The position numbers and the translations under genes are program-made. DNA of 61,956 nt, counting the filler, from Platydemus manokwari (lineage: Eukaryota): assembly GCA_037951405.1 (NCBI GenBank). It is 6 parts of 6 records of this genome, joined end to end, with 100 filler letters (N's around TTAATTAATTAA, not from the genome) between each part and the next. Parts side by side here need not be neighbours in the genome. Positions count along the whole stretch, not along the records: positions 1 to 9,555 come from JBBMOY011232986.1; positions 9,656 to 20,167 come from JBBMOY011127885.1; 4 more parts are not named here. One strand, given 5' to 3'. Positions 1 through 14,711 of this stretch are shown piece after piece. Position 1 is the stretch's first letter, and each line of letters opens with the position of its first letter. The notes below the pieces were generated by a model. The model had not been told where the DNA came from. It saw nothing but the letters and a program-made list of their open reading frames with translations, and did no database searches.

Positions 1-33
1 TATTCATATTCATAATATGTAGGTAGATTAAAT

Positions 34-75
34 TAGTTTGATAAAACAATGTTCAGAGTAGTCTATACCTTAGCC
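34..75 (+). repeat. 42-bp dispersed repeat, exact reverse complement of 52836-52877
   Basis: TAGTTTGATAAAACAATGTTCAGAGTAGTCTATACCTTAGCC here. GGCTAAGGTATAGACTACTCTGAACATTGTTTTATCAAACTA at 52836-52877. Confidence 0.9.
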
Positions 76-2159
76 GCCAAATATAAAGATTAATTTTAAA
101 TATATTTAATTTAGAAATGCAATAAATAGTAGGATTTTATTAAATAGTTTGATCATCATAAATTTTGAATTGATGTAAGCACTGATATATTTTAACGTGC
201 ATCTACGGCCTGCAATACATGTTCCTACTTGCAACGAGTTATTTTATTGCTTTTATTCAGAAATGTTACCATTATTAAATACAGTACAGAAAATTTACTT
301 AATTTCTTGGGTGAAGATGAAAACCTTTGCAAATTATCAGGAACATGTCTTAATGAATTATAATAATATTAGATTTGTGATTATGATTGTTGCAAATAAA
401 TAATTAGTATTTTGATTTTATACATCAAATTAGGTTTGTTTATCTGTGTGCATTTTAATTTCTGACCCATTTCTGTGTGTCTGTATAAGACATGTTCTTA
501 AGATCAGCATTTCTGCCTTACTTAATTTTATTGAATATTTACAAATAACAAGCTTATCTAGCTGGGAATTTATGCTCAAATTTCACTACGATTGAAGACA
601 ATGTAACGAATCAGATAATACTTAAGATTATCAGAATTTTTTTTAACTAGTGATAAGTAGACACTTGTTACATTCTTAAAAAGTAATATGAAGAAATTAC
701 CAGTAGCCGAAAGATAGTTATTTTGACTATGTAAAGATTGTGTTGCGATTAAATTTAATAACATTTCCAGCAATGAGTAACTAATAGGTAATAGAATAGG
801 AATAATTTTGTTACTAAATTTATTTCGATTATCAAATAGAACGGCAATGACTTTTCAAAACGCAAAAAGAAAAACTTCGTTAGTACCACATTATACACTA
901 TAAAAAGAAGGTAAAATAGAAAACTAGTGTGAATGTTATAGCACAATTGTTGCTATGCAATCTATATAGCTCAATAGAGAAATTGGAGAGAAAATTCTAT
1001 ATACCTTATATTTATTGATTAATACCAAACCCACTTGACTCGTTTCCAGAAAAATATATAGTGATTCGCAAATATAAGATATAAATATCGAAATAACTAA
1101 AATAACTTCCGTAGAAATTTCTAAGTTATCAAAAATGTAGCTTTACCAATCAGCTTGATGATTCAAATTATACTTTTCAAATATTTTTAACTAAAAATTG
1201 AGTATCAATTGAAATATTTCTTTGATATGGTAATGTAATTGTTGCTTTTGTTTAGAATTGATATTCACCTTAATCATTTGATCATTTTGGCCATTTTAGA
1301 CTTTTATTATAGATAATTGTTTATTTGATATGTGACTTATATGTTAATCACAGATTTATTTGATTAATCTCTGATAAGATCTTTTGTTAGTGACGGTGCT
1401 TATTTATTCATTCTCATTATTTTTTTAGATTAATTGTTAAATTACTGATAGTCGATTTATTTTTTATTAAATGTTTTTTATAAATGTATTAATAAGTTTC
1501 TAAATGATATTAAAAATAAAAGAAGTTCAGAATTCCTCTCATGTTTCGTTCACCATGTTTACCATACAATATTATTCAAGTTTGAAACACATAATTACAA
1601 AAGAATAATCATTTTTCTAATTCAGTATATAAAATAATAATAAAATAGGACTGAAAACAATTTTAAGTTTATTTGTCATTAAAACAATTACAGCCGAAAT
1701 AATCAGTCAAAAATAATGCCAGTAATCAAAGTGATTTGTAATCGACAAACTGTAATCAATAGATTAACATTTGAAAATACAAAGTTTATTTCAATAAATT
1801 TTATTTTGAAATTTTGCACACATAAATAATCGATATATACCTGCATCCTTTTTGTCTTTTGAAAATTTGTAATTAAAGTTCAAACAAGAATTAGGAAATT
1901 AATGATAGAAACTTTAGAATCAATAAACTAATTGGTCAGGATGAAATCCAAAATTGTTGAAAGAATGAAAATTTCATTTACTAAATTTTGGTAATGTTTC
2001 AAATTCAGAAATTAATGCTCTAATTCCCTAATCATATCACAAATAATCATTTTTCACCTCAACTTGTTTTTCCTAAAATCCGTCTTTCTTTCAATGAATA
2101 TCTTATTCGTACGATTAATATAATTCAGACATCCATCAGTAACTCGTAAATTATCGTGA

Positions 2160-2440
2160 ATGAAAAACTCATTTCGTGGGAAAACGTATCACTCCGCTGA
2201 AGAGGTTAACGATGATTTGAAAAAGTGGTTCATTTCAAAACCCTTAGAATTCTAGGAAAACGGCATAAAACAACTTCCGGAACTCGGGCAAAAGTGTGTG
2301 GACCTTAAAGATGATTATTTTCAACATTTTAGATTTACAAACGAATGATATTTTGTTAATATTTCTCAATTTATATATTGAGTTTATTGGTTCAATAAAT
2401 ATTATTTTCTATCGGACAAGACTTTAGTCCCAATCCTATA
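2160..2440 (+). mobile_element. mariner transposon 3' fragment (transposase C-terminus plus right TIR)
   Basis: Translates MKNSFRGKTYHSAEEVNDDLKKWFISKPLEF*ENGIKQLPELGQKCVDLKDDYF, matching the mariner C-terminus pattern (RGKKF...WF.SKP.EFY..GI.KLPERWQKC...G.YF). Followed by TIR-like ACTTTAGTCCCAATCCTA-TA. Confidence 0.8.
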
Positions 2441-4230
2441 CATATATTTCAGTGTGTATGTATGAAGTAAATTTATACAAATAGTTGAAAATCACAGTTA
2501 TGGTCCATACGAATTGAAACTCAACAGAGAAGAATTTTAACAGCATTTTGACAAAAACCCATCGATGGGAAAAGTTAACAGACATTTGCATAATTATGTG
2601 GCAAACGGTAGATGCCAAGATATTAAGACAAAGATAAAAGAGCTACTGATTTTTTCAGGTAATTTTATAAAAAAATAATTTGATATGAACATTGTATAGT
2701 GACCACGAAATTATCACAAACTAGCCGGAAAAATTTGAAGTCTAAATTGACGTAAATTTCAGTGGCACTGGGTCACATGTTTCAACAATTTATAGTATAA
2801 TAGTAATTATATAATCTCAAGGTTGTTATATATAGATATATATGACTTGACATATTTAATTATTAACATCTATATTATGGTATTGACATTACACTTCCGT
2901 TCGTCTAAGATGCGTCAATACCTAATCTTTAAGACCACGTTGAAGCTGTTTTAAGTAAATGGGCTACATTCAAACCTCTACTGGCTTGATTCCAATAATC
3001 AAATTTAAGATTTCGATGGAATTATAATTTACAAAAATATTTAAATATTGATAATGATGATTTCAACAGTTAAGTATGGAACCCTTTACAAACACCAAAT
3101 TCGTTGAAGAACTGTACGAAACCAATATCATTCATACAATTACAATGGAATAATGCTCGTAAGTATATTGAAAAATATTGAATTTCCAAACTTTTTCTTT
3201 TATTCTTATTGAAGTACTGGTACATTGAAGGGCACACAAATAAAAAACTGAAACAACAATAAATGCAAAACATGTGTTTCTCGTCTTCAGCATAATCAGA
3301 AATTTTGGCCGAGCTTTCGAAATTTCGCTGAGATAGCACAGGCGAATTAAATTTTAAAATACGATCCACCGAATTTTAATGAAATCGAAGAATTTAAAAA
3401 TTATTAGGGAAAATCATATTGATTTTTCGAAATTTGTGAGAGTAATCTTGCTAATACTGTACACAGAAAGATCTTTAATTATTAATTTTTCTTTTAAAAG
3501 CGTTTTTAGTTTTACGGAAAGCTGTAGAAAAGGAAATGCCTAAATTTATCCCCATTTGAGATAAGTTGAAGTAAATCAATAATCAAATTGAATAATTTTA
3601 AAGAACTTTGGTGTTCAAAAGTGAAGAAAATTAGCAACAAAATTTCAGAAAAATTGAGTGACGAAGCCACTATTATTTCATGGTATCTTGGTTAAAATGC
3701 AGATGATATCGAATATTTATTGAATTATGGATCTTTTGCTGGAAAAGTAAATAGAATCAATGTCGAATTGCATTTTGATGAAATGAGTGAACCATAGCAA
3801 AAATATCTATTAAAATTTAAGGATAATGAAACATCGAATGAAATTTTGAAAGCAGCATTTTATTAGAATAATGATATTACTACAGATAATCAGATTTTTA
3901 AGCGATATTTATTGTTTTTAAAGAGAAAAGTAAAAACACAATGAAAATTAAAACAAACCCAAAAAGGCTAAAGCGGTAATAGTTGGAAAATTATCCATAA
4001 AGTGGTGGAATAAAACTTTAATTTTCAAGATAATGATAATATTTGACATTGGAGATCAGGTTATAAACATAATTGTGTATGTTTGTTAAAAAACAAAGAT
4101 AGGAAAAATCTACTCCTTAAAGGATGTAATAGAATGTCCATAAGTACATCCAATGAAAATCTCAGGCGGATATAATAATAATTATTTTTTATATAAGAAA
4201 TCTAATTTTATCAGAGTGATGAGGATACAC

Positions 4231-4296
4231 TGGATATACTCCTACTCTATCCTGGATATATTCCTACTCTATCCTGGATATACCCCTACTCTATCT
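4231..4296 (+). repeat. 3 x 22-bp tandem repeat TGGATATAYYCCTACTCTATCY
   Basis: Units at 4231, 4253 and 4275 read directly. Confidence 0.9.
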
Positions 4297-4839
4297 ACTT
4301 TATCAAACCTTCAAACCGAAATTCTACTCATCGAATCACATTCTACTTATAAAAATCTCTTCAAATCCAATATATCAAACTCACATTCTTACATCTTTTC
4401 AAAAACTCCTACATCTAACAAGGAATACCCGAATTCCTGGCCTGAATGGTCGTATGTATTGTCAATTTTAAAATCTCATATTATTTATTGGTTATTTATT
4501 TCATGAATCCACTTTAATGTATATTAATACATTTAAGATGAGACAATTTTTATTAAATCATAAAATAATAATTGTAATTTTTATCAATTTCGAAGTTACT
4601 TAACTACCTAATAATTGTTTTGAATGTGATCACAGAGAGTTGGCGATTGTAATTTTCTAGGATTTGGAATTCCTTTAAATAAATATAAGTGAATGATATT
4701 TTTAAAAACTCTTACGGCACAGGTTTCGGAGAAGGGTACTTCATTTGAGTAACAAATTTTAAAATAATTTTTCTGTCCTGGTCAAACATACATCCCTTAT
4801 ACATATTATATGATCTTAATCGAAGATTCATGGTATAAA

Positions 4840-6100
4840 ATATGTTTGTATTTTTTTTGTTCGACTTATACAATTACTTGGGAATTCCATTCGGCCTTCC
4901 AAAGCACACATCTGTGACCAACATACTTCGATTGTTTATATTGGACTTCAAAGATATTGCGGAATATCAATTGAACCAATCTCAGAATTTCCAAGTAACC
5001 AGCACCTTCTTGCACTTATGGCTTCCGTTTTACTTTAGGATTCAACAGATCAAAACATCTAAACTCGACTCTCACTTCGATCGCAAATGAAGACAACAAA
5101 CTGCCACAATCCTTCGACAAAAACATCCAAGCAATTTTTTCGTAAAAAACCGAATCTGAAAGACTCGAAATCTAACAACAATTACGTCCTATACTCTCCA
5201 CACAAACTCGAGGAAATCTGTCTAACTGCCTTACTAATGGAATACTGCGTCCAGATTTCTAACAAGCCTGTCATATATTCAGATCGATCGTCATAAATAA
5301 CCAAACTAAACTAATCAAAGGTAGACTCGGCGAATTTGCCTCTGACAAAAAATCAACTTCCACAACCTGATGAACAGAGACAAGATTTGCTTCCAGAAAA
5401 CTAAATGAAGCTTCGAATTGACTGTGGTTTCAATCGTCACAATTACCAAATCCAGCTAAAAGTCATCGTCTTCCCGAACAAGACATACTTTTTCTTAGGA
5501 TCCTTACTCATTACTGGCGTAACAACCTCCTACTGCTTCATTATACGCCATACTTTATCAAGGCAAACAAATCAACACACTTCCGACACTACGACAATGA
5601 ACAAGAAACTGACCCTTATATTTTTATATACTACCCAGATTTTCCAGGATAAGCTTAAAAATGTCATTTGAAAGTCCTAAATCATTTAGGACATTACCGG
5701 TAGTCACTCGGCTCCAACGTGGACTGCGAGCAAACTACCGGCCAGAATTAGTGACTCAAAAATCAAAACAAACACCAAGCCCACATCACCGGCCTCAAAA
5801 TTCTAGCATCATCGATTCATCAATTGCGAGAAATATAAAACTATTGCCAAGAAGATCTGCAGAAAAACCAGATTCGAAACTCACCTGAATGTCATCTGCA
5901 TTAGTGTACTTTAGTCCTATAGTGTACAAGATCCTATAGAATATCGGGGTCGACATGAAGCAAATCACGTTTATCTCCGTGTTCCGAATAACGGCATTAC
6001 TCGGGGATGCCTATGCGACTTTCAATGCTCATACCAACCAAACTAAACCAAAGAATATCTGTTTGGATCAAGTACTAATTCTCTAGCACAGTTCAGTCAA
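4840..6100 (+). mobile_element. highly decayed non-LTR retrotransposon (LINE) remnant
   Basis: Less AT-rich, C/A-skewed block. Weak RT-like peptides KVIVFPNK, GVDMKQ and NGITRGCL (compare GVPQG). Many stops. Confidence 0.3.
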
Positions 6101-6899
6101 AATAATAAGTATATTACAGAACTATTTGGCAATTTTACAAAGTAAATGAGAGGACTCCAAATGGAGAAATTTCAAATCGGAATATCAGATACATCCCATT
6201 TTAGGAATTCAATTTAAAAGTTGACGTGAAGATTTGTGCCACTGCAACGTGAAGACTGTCATAATTTTTTGAAGAAAATATTTTATTTTCTATTTATCGA
6301 TTAGTTCTATAAATTTTTTAGTCATTACCTTGAAGGATATGAATCGAATTTCTCCTCTCTTCTTGTGATTTTCACCTATTAAAATAAGAAGTAAAAATGA
6401 TCTTTATTAGTTGATATTGATTTTAACCAAATCAAAGTCGTGGCAAACAATTTTAGGTGTGAAAGTCTGTTGATTTTATTTCTAATCTTGTTATAATCAC
6501 TTTTCCTTTGTGATTTTATATTTTCACTCAATAAATCGACAAAACTTGTGCAATGTTGGATAAATTTCCAATTAATCAATATATGAGTTTGACTCACGGT
6601 ACATATCATTCCGGATTTTGAACATTCATTCATTGCTGTCGAGTTGGCAAGAAAGTGATTTGACTCCATCTCCGCTGCTTTGGGTTCATGATTCGACTTC
6701 CAATAAGAAGTTTCATAATAATTGATTATTTGGATTAAAACAAATCCAGATTCAATGAAATCAAATATTATTTTCAGTGAACAAAAGAGATGTCAAACAG
6801 ATGGCAAACAGCTGAACAACATGGAAATTTGATATTTCTGGAGAATACTATTAAAGAAAATTTTCAGAATGTTAAGTAGCTGGAAATAAATGTCTGCTA

Positions 6900-7100
6900 T
6901 TTCTTGTATGGACTTATTAATATCCATAATAATATCGTAGTCATCAGTTTTGATAAAGGTCAATACAATAAAATTCTTTTTTACAGAGATAAGTCAATAA
7001 TTGTCTAGGAGTGGTAGACATGGTTAGATTATGATAAGAGAGTGAGTTTTATTGTAAGACCGAGAGCATTTTTGACTCCTCGCCTGTTAGAATGAAATTC
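6900..7100 (-). mobile_element. possible LINE APE-endonuclease relic
   Basis: Minus-strand peptides FILTGE, TIIDLSL and TDDYDII echo the GDFN, TIDL and SDH motifs in the correct order. Confidence 0.3.
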
Positions 7101-8321
7101 TAAAAAAAGACACAAAAGATTATTATCTTTAATTTTATAACTTTTAGATGTTCTTACGAAGCATATTGTATGAATGACAAACATTCATTCGATTCATTTA
7201 TTGATTTCTATTATAGATTTCTTATACTGCTTATAATATATGCAAATCAACAAATATTATTCGATAGAGTCTAGTCTAGTCTCGGTATAATGAAAAGGAA
7301 AATGTCACCAACTCACGTATCATTTGAGTCGGCAAAATAATAAAAAGCAGGGCGGTTCGATGAAGATTGTGCTTAGCGTTTGTCAATTGAAATATAGAGC
7401 TTGAAATGTTTGAATAAAATTCAAAACGTAATGAATTTGAGACCAAACTAACTACGGTTATGTGAAATATAATTGGTTCCGTCTATGTATGTGGATTGAT
7501 TTACGGCATACAATAATATTAAACCAATAGATTTAATATGTAGAAATGCACACATTGATAATCACGGAATTATCAGCATTCATAGTCAGAAATCCGATAA
7601 ACCATGGACGATTTATTCTCGATTTTTATAATTTCAAAGTTCTGTTAATTATTTACGATTAAGAACTTTCACAATAAGAGATTTTTTTGAAAACCATTCG
7701 AAAACCAATCCTCATTCAAATCCTTAACAAACCGATAGTCAATGCAACACACGAACTGCATCGCAATATTCATTTATTTATGTAATTCGAGTGAATCATC
7801 ATTATTGAAACTTCACGAGGAATTAACCCCATACACATCATTTATCGATTTATTTCTTATCGATTTTTAGAAATATCACAATTTTAATTTCTTTAACGTT
7901 AAATTAATATTAATTTTTAGATGTGTAGATCTGATTATATATTTTATTTTAATAATATCGATCTGTTGTGACAATATTCACTCCTCTATCTTCAATTAAT
8001 TTTCTTTATTTCCTATTCAGTGTTATTTTACCATAAGAAAATTGCAATTTTAACATATCCTAAAAGCATTACACAAATATTTATAAGCCATTAATGTTAA
8101 AGAAGAATGTATAAAATCGTAAGATCATGTAAAACATTGATACAAAAATTCAATATTTATATTTTAGATATTTTTATATATTTTGTTTATTTTCTTCACA
8201 GCTTTGTTTATATTTTATAATTTATTATCACTAGTATTTTTATTAACATAATTTTCATTGATTTATTCATAAAATGATTTTGATTTGATGTTATCTTGCG
8301 ATCCACACACACATATATATA

Positions 8322-8873
8322 CAGTCAACCCTGTTCAATATGAACTCTAGCGTTCCAATCTTTTCAAATGTTCATATTAAAAAGTAACATGAACAGTTAT
8401 TAACATAGCAATATCAAATTATTTAATAAAGAGTATTTATTTATCACACATTTATCACAATTTTTATTTCTTTGACACATAATAAAGTCTGTGATTTTCA
8501 ATTGTCTAGATGCTTCTTCTCCTTGAATTTCTTCAATCAAATCCCATATTTTGTTCATCTTATCATAAATATTAGCTTGGAAGTATTTTTCAATTTTTCT
8601 CGCATACTGATGAGTTTCAAATCCTGTTATAACTGTATCTTCTTCCACCTCTTCAACAGAATTATCATTTGTTTCTTCATTTTCATACTTTTCGACTAAA
8701 TTAAACAAGAGATGTTCGTCAAATTTTGGATTAATTTCAAAACATCGAAAATAATCACATTATAAAACATAATCTCCCATGGAAACGAAATGATTTCCAA
8801 TAATTTTTGACTGAAATGTTCAGATTAAACTATGCTCATATTAAACAGTGTTTATATTGAACAAAGTTTACTG
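8322..8873 (-). mobile_element. non-autonomous pogo/Tigger-like element (552 bp, TA target duplication)
   Basis: TA|CAGTCAACCCTGTTCAATATGAAC ... GTTTATATTGAACAAAGTTTACTG|TA, a 24-bp TIR with 4 mismatches. Internal ORF 8400-8708(-) is acidic and contains SRQLKITDFI, the pogo/Tigger C-terminal Q..ITDFF signature. Confidence 0.85.
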
Positions 8874-9555
8874 TATTTTAAAATGTATTTACTAACTGTT
8901 TGTTCTTCCAGTAGAAACACTGAGCGTATCCTAATCTTAATCTCTGGCATTGAATGAATGTTGCGTTTTGGTTTTTATTATGTAACATTTGTGCTGATTG
9001 TGGTCACTGCCTTATAGAGTCACCGGTAAATCATTCGTAGACATTATCTTCGAATATTTATTTTATACAGTACATATTCGCTTATTGCACTGGAATTTAT
9101 TGTGGAAGACAGGAATTCTCTGAAATTTATTCTGCTATTTTCTCTGCGATTAAATGGATATTTTTTTAATTAATGCATGACTATTACTTCATTTCAAATG
9201 GAAATTTTATTTAATATGCGCGATAGCTTATTCTACTTGATTATTTCATCGATAATTTTAATATATTTATGGTTTTAATGACTGGATTTATTATATTGTG
9301 AATTTAATCGGTTTTATTAAAGCCGGGTTTTCTTAGTTATGTGAATTATTAATTGGAGTTTAAATTAAATTATATTATATTATATTTCTGTTGGCCATAA
9401 AGCTCTCTGAATTCACATAAAAATGCCCTACATCATTTATTCATGCAAAAAATACATTTATATACCTAATAAAAATTACATATTCATACACACGATTTTT
9501 GTCTGATAATTGCAGTTTAAAAATTTGTCAAAAGTCCAATAACCCAACATATAAA

Positions 9556-9655
9556 NNNNNNNNNNNNNNNNNNNNNNNNNNNNNNNNNNNNNNNNNNNNT
9601 TAATTAATTAANNNNNNNNNNNNNNNNNNNNNNNNNNNNNNNNNNNNNNNNNNNN
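9556..9655. other. artificial scaffold join (44N-TTAATTAATTAA-44N)
   Basis: Identical 100-nt linker with stops in all six frames occurs five times in the window. Confidence 0.98.
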
Positions 9656-12439
9656 TGAAATAATTATTATTATCATTATATAAATAATAATTCAGAATAT
9701 CTGATAACAAAAAAAACTGTAGCTTGTATCGATCGAATTCCTATCTTTATAATTAAATGAAGAATACCGAGCTAAAAGTACCAAAAAGTATCAAATAAAT
9801 CGATAATTAATTACGATAATTTAAATTAATAAATTTTTATTTTTACTTGTATTAAACTATAGAATAAATAATAATGAAAATATCATTAGCAATCGATGAA
9901 TCAATAATTGTAATAATTATATGATATTAAAAATGACATAGTTAGACATATACAATTTAAAAATTCTCACCTGAATGATAATCAAAACTAATTTTCAAAT
10001 TCAATTTCGAATTCTACATTGCAAAGCACAAAATAATACCATTAGAAAAAATAATCTATTGCTACTTATCCGGAGTTTATATCGGATAGATTCGAAGACA
10101 TTTCATGACACATGCGGCGAGCAGTTATTCTGGTGAAAAAACAAAAAAACGTATACGAATGCTAAAATTGAAAAATGTACATTCGTTCCAACAAATAGGA
10201 TAAAGTTTGGCAACAATTAACGAGATTTGGCTATTTGTGTGTTAGGAATGTATGCATACTCCCACACAGCTAGGCACACATTATTTTCATTGCTATTTTC
10301 GTTTCACACTACAAATTTTCATTATACGCAACTGAATTTGATTGGTTATGGTAATTTTTACAAACCATTCTCTACTCTCAGTGTGTGGGCGTGTCATTTG
10401 TTAGAAAAAATAACTGGTATGACTCATTGGAAATTGGTAAAACGATGGTAATGTCTACTCGTTTCTAATCAAATTTGCATTTTTGGAATCATTTGGATTA
10501 CAAACGGAATCAGTCTTCTGAAATATGTTTTTTGCCAACAATCAGAAACAAATTATCGAGATTATTTCCATGGAATCGTGTGTCATTGGGACGTTTCTTG
10601 GATTTTCGTGTTTGTAATTAACTAATTATATCCGATAGGTAAATCGAATGGATATGGATTTGTTGTCAGGACAGGTAAAGAGCTTCTTCACAGAAAAATA
10701 ATAAATTAAAATCTAAAACGTCAGCTTAATATGTTTGACATTTACTTTAAATTGGGAATTTTCTGATAGCTAACATCGTGATTTATTATTGTTAATCTAC
10801 CCATTCGTTATTGGTTTTCGAAGTAAATGAAATTCATATTTGTTAACACAACTGTTTCATTATATAATAAACGTCCATGTTGGATTTAATTAATAGTCAG
10901 ATTAATTATTTATTTCGGTATCAGATTTTATCTATAGTTGTACGTCGATTTCGTATTGATTTTTAATTGATTTCATGTTGTCAAGATAAGGACAACACTT
11001 CAACGGATTCGTTATAACAATTACATATAGAATTAAATACAATTAATATAAAAATAATAAATCAATGAAAATAAATGTTCGTGTAAATTATTATTTGACT
11101 TAGCAAGATCTTAAAACTGAAACTCAATCTAAAATTCATTTAAAACCTTTTCCGTTGGAATTTATGTTTCATAGCACTGAAAGTGTTACTCCTTGTAAAT
11201 AATTTTATTATTCTAAAATGTCTTTCTTGACATTAGAGGGAAATTATATTTAATACAACAAATATTATAATCTAATATTAACGTATATTAATGTAAATAT
11301 AAAGTTATGGTGATCTCTAAAACCGCACTTCTACGAGAATTAATATTGCCATCGATTGTAATGCTGCAAAATCTACTACGGTGAACAATAATTTTTCTTT
11401 TCTGGCGAAAATGAATTTGATTTTTATTAAAATGCCGTTGACTTTCATAACCCAAATTCGATTACCATTCGATCGATTTCTCTGGTTCAAATAGACATTT
11501 TTCACCGGCTGTTGACGATTTTCTAATGACTAATCTATTTTCGGCCTGCCATTGCCGATTCTTAGATATATTTATTTAGTTTTGATATTTTTGGTAAATC
11601 GGAGTTTGTTTTATTTTATTCGTTTCATTAATCAGAGTTATTTCCAGAATTATCAAATAGTAATTTCGTTACTAATCTAGGTGTATTGATTATTTATCGG
11701 GCATTTATTCTGAAATCAATACTTTGTTACTATTTTTAGTCATACGTTAATTAGTTATCGCTATTATAAATTAATCTTCTCTATAATAGATCGAACTTAT
11801 GTTCATTATTGTGATAATTTTAAAATCAATTAACATTTAAATGATAATTTTAAATAGAAAATATATTGATATTAAAAACTGTAAATAATTAATTTAATTA
11901 TCTTAAATATTTTGATTAAATATACTTTTGTGGTTTGAAATTCTTAGATTTGTTTTCAATTCGTGTTTAATGAAATAGCAGCAGATAACAATTATTATTA
12001 CTATTATTGTTACTATAAACGTTGTTAAATATTATTTTAAGACTGGCAATCCTAAATATCATTTTTCTTGGTGTATTGGTTTGGTGACTAGCAAAAATTA
12101 ATACCTTGAATATGATTTTTTATGTGAACAACGATAGAATATCATTAAAAAATGTATAATAATATAAACATCGATTTATGATTTAATATATAAAAGTATT
12201 AAAGACATTAATATTAATATATAATTATAGAAAAAACAATGCAATTTTGATGTCAATAAATTTTTGTTAATAATGGAATGATTATGGCAGAGGTTTAGCA
12301 AGATATTTCGGTGAAAATAAACCAATTAAATAATTTATGACTAAAATAAATTCTCAATTAATTCCAGAAATACCCGGAGAATAAATAAAATTATCTGATA
12401 TTAAAAACAATGATGCCAATTAAAAATTCTATCACAATC

Positions 12440-12780
12440 CTTAGAGCAGAAAAAGATAGCGTGTATCAAAAACTATTCAGAGAAAGTTCTTCCTGGATTT
12501 TTCATTTTCAATGACTCATCACGTCACACAATATAAAAGCACGTGGAGTGAATGATAGTGTTACATTTGTCAGAAAAAATTATTAGAAGAGAGAACAATA
12601 TTCAAGCAACAAATATATTCTGTGCAATGGAAATGGTGACTGTGTTTATCACTAATTTTTTATTGGAAGTTTATCATCATTAACTCATCACATAAGAACT
12701 AATTTCATTCTAACTCCAATACCACGTAAGGGCAATTGTATCGACAATCTTTTCTGGAATTGATAAAGCCAAAGTCATTC
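12440..12780 (+). mobile_element. LINE (CR1/L2-like) endonuclease relic
   Basis: Peptide TPIPRKGNCIDNLF resembles the APE motif PTR...CIDNIF. Upstream frames are broken. Confidence 0.4.
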
Positions 12781-14469
12781 GTTATGCCAAAGTAAATTTT
12801 CATGATTTATTGTATTTATTGTTTGTTATTAGTTTGTTTATCATTATACATCTTATTATTTAAAGTTGACTTCGTTTTATTTATTTATTCCTAAAAGTAG
12901 TTGCTAATTTCATCATTTATGTGAAACAATAATTATAATCCATTGTCAAATTATTTTGTAAAGAATAATTTTAAAATTTGAGTCTCAACAACGTTTCAAC
13001 AACAATTCTGGTGTTAAACATTGACAAATATAATAGAGGCACATTTACTGAGACTGATTTTCACATTCAATTTGATCATAATTCACACTATTAGTGTTAC
13101 TCTCACAATCCGCATATTACTGATAGAGTGCAGGGTGAGGAAACAACAAAAAGTTTTAATACACCTAAGGCCTTTGAAGAACTACACATTAATTGCAAAC
13201 GTATCATCTACAATGATATGATGAAATTAAGAAAGGGATAATGAAAAAATCCTTTTATCTTGGATTAACCAGACAACAATAAATAAATCATCATTTATTT
13301 AGTTCTTAGTTGAGTATTTCTTAGCAAAAAATAAGTTTTTGTAATATCATTATGTTAGATATTAACTAACTCTGAAATTCTCATAAATTATAATTTGAAT
13401 TACAAAGAATCACAGGCTCAACTCGCTAGCAGATGAAATTAAAATCGTACTACAACACAGTAAGAAATTATCACTCAAGACGGAATCAGCACTCGAAAGT
13501 TGATTATTGAACAGAAGACAACCAAGAAGAATAGCTGTCAGAAAAATCATCCAAAAGTCACAGAACAGAATGATGGTTACCGACCAAAGATATCTGACAA
13601 TTGCTCAGGCTTATTGTGTGTGTCTATTTTTTTCATTTGATAAATTCGTTCATATATCGATATAATAACAATTTCTCTCGTGCCATTTGTTGGTATGCGT
13701 CAGTCAATTACTGACACATAAATATGTATTTATATATAGAAGGAATCTGATTAGTTACTGGCATATTCATTTATTGAATAGGTGTGTATCAACATTTGAG
13801 TGCTATTTCCAAGATTTCGTGAACATTTTGCTGGGCTTTGTGACCTATCCAACAACTGCATTACTTATTTTATGATGTTATTATTAAATATTTTGGGGGA
13901 TTTGAAATTTTTAATTATTATTCGGTCTAAAAGGTTTCTGTAGTCCATGTAATGACAAAACTACCTGTAAACCGAAAGTATCTAGATATTCCATCACTAT
14001 CTGTGACATAAATTATTGTCTTGAATTCCAATAACCTACAGCTAGCAAGTCATCCTTGTATATTAGATTTCCTTTCACCTCTACGCTTTCAACAACTTGT
14101 ATAGAAACAAGAGGAACAGGATAGATTATGGTTTAATTCTAAGCATTGTTCTTAACATATCTCGAAATTTTAATATAATTCGTTTCACTTGTATTTTTTA
14201 TTAAATTATTAGTTGCAATTAATTTATTAAACTTTACTGATGAATAAAAACCAACGATTATTCAAGAAAAGTGTAATCATGAACCTTACTCCTAGATCAT
14301 TAACCAAAACATTCTGTTACAAATGTTTAATGATAATTACATTGATGCTATCCAATACAGAAATAAAAACCATTGAAGATTGTAAATAAATTTAAAACTA
14401 CTTTCTACTTAATATTTTTTTTCGACCTTGTGCAGTTTGAATTAGTATAAATTTTGGAATACTTCTGGC

Positions 14470-14711
14470 TTGCAGTCGAGTTATTTTCCCGTGGCTGTCT
14501 GGCTAGAACCTTCAATCTATTCACTAACGACTTTTTCATTTCTGTTTAGACCGGGGATCAATTCAGTTATGCGAAACCAAAGAATCTGGTACAGCTTGAA
14601 AGGCAATTTCGAGACATGACTTTGACCGTCCCATAAGAAATTTCAGTAAGAACTGTTGATGCAATTCAATGGTGGTGTGGAAATCTTGAGTCAAATGCCA
14701 TAGCATATTGA
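14470..14711 (+). mobile_element. Tc1/mariner-superfamily (maT/rosa-like) transposase C-terminal relic
   Basis: LARTFNLFTNDFFISV*TGDQFSYAKPKNLVQLERQFRDMTLTVP*EISVRTV aligns to WPARSPDLTPxDFFLWGYLKDxVYxxKPxNLxELxxxI. Confidence 0.6.

Noticed and set aside
10100-10640. Merlin-like transposase (VSDCWQK on the minus strand)
   Set aside because: Single short motif that needs a frameshift, with no supporting motifs or TIRs.
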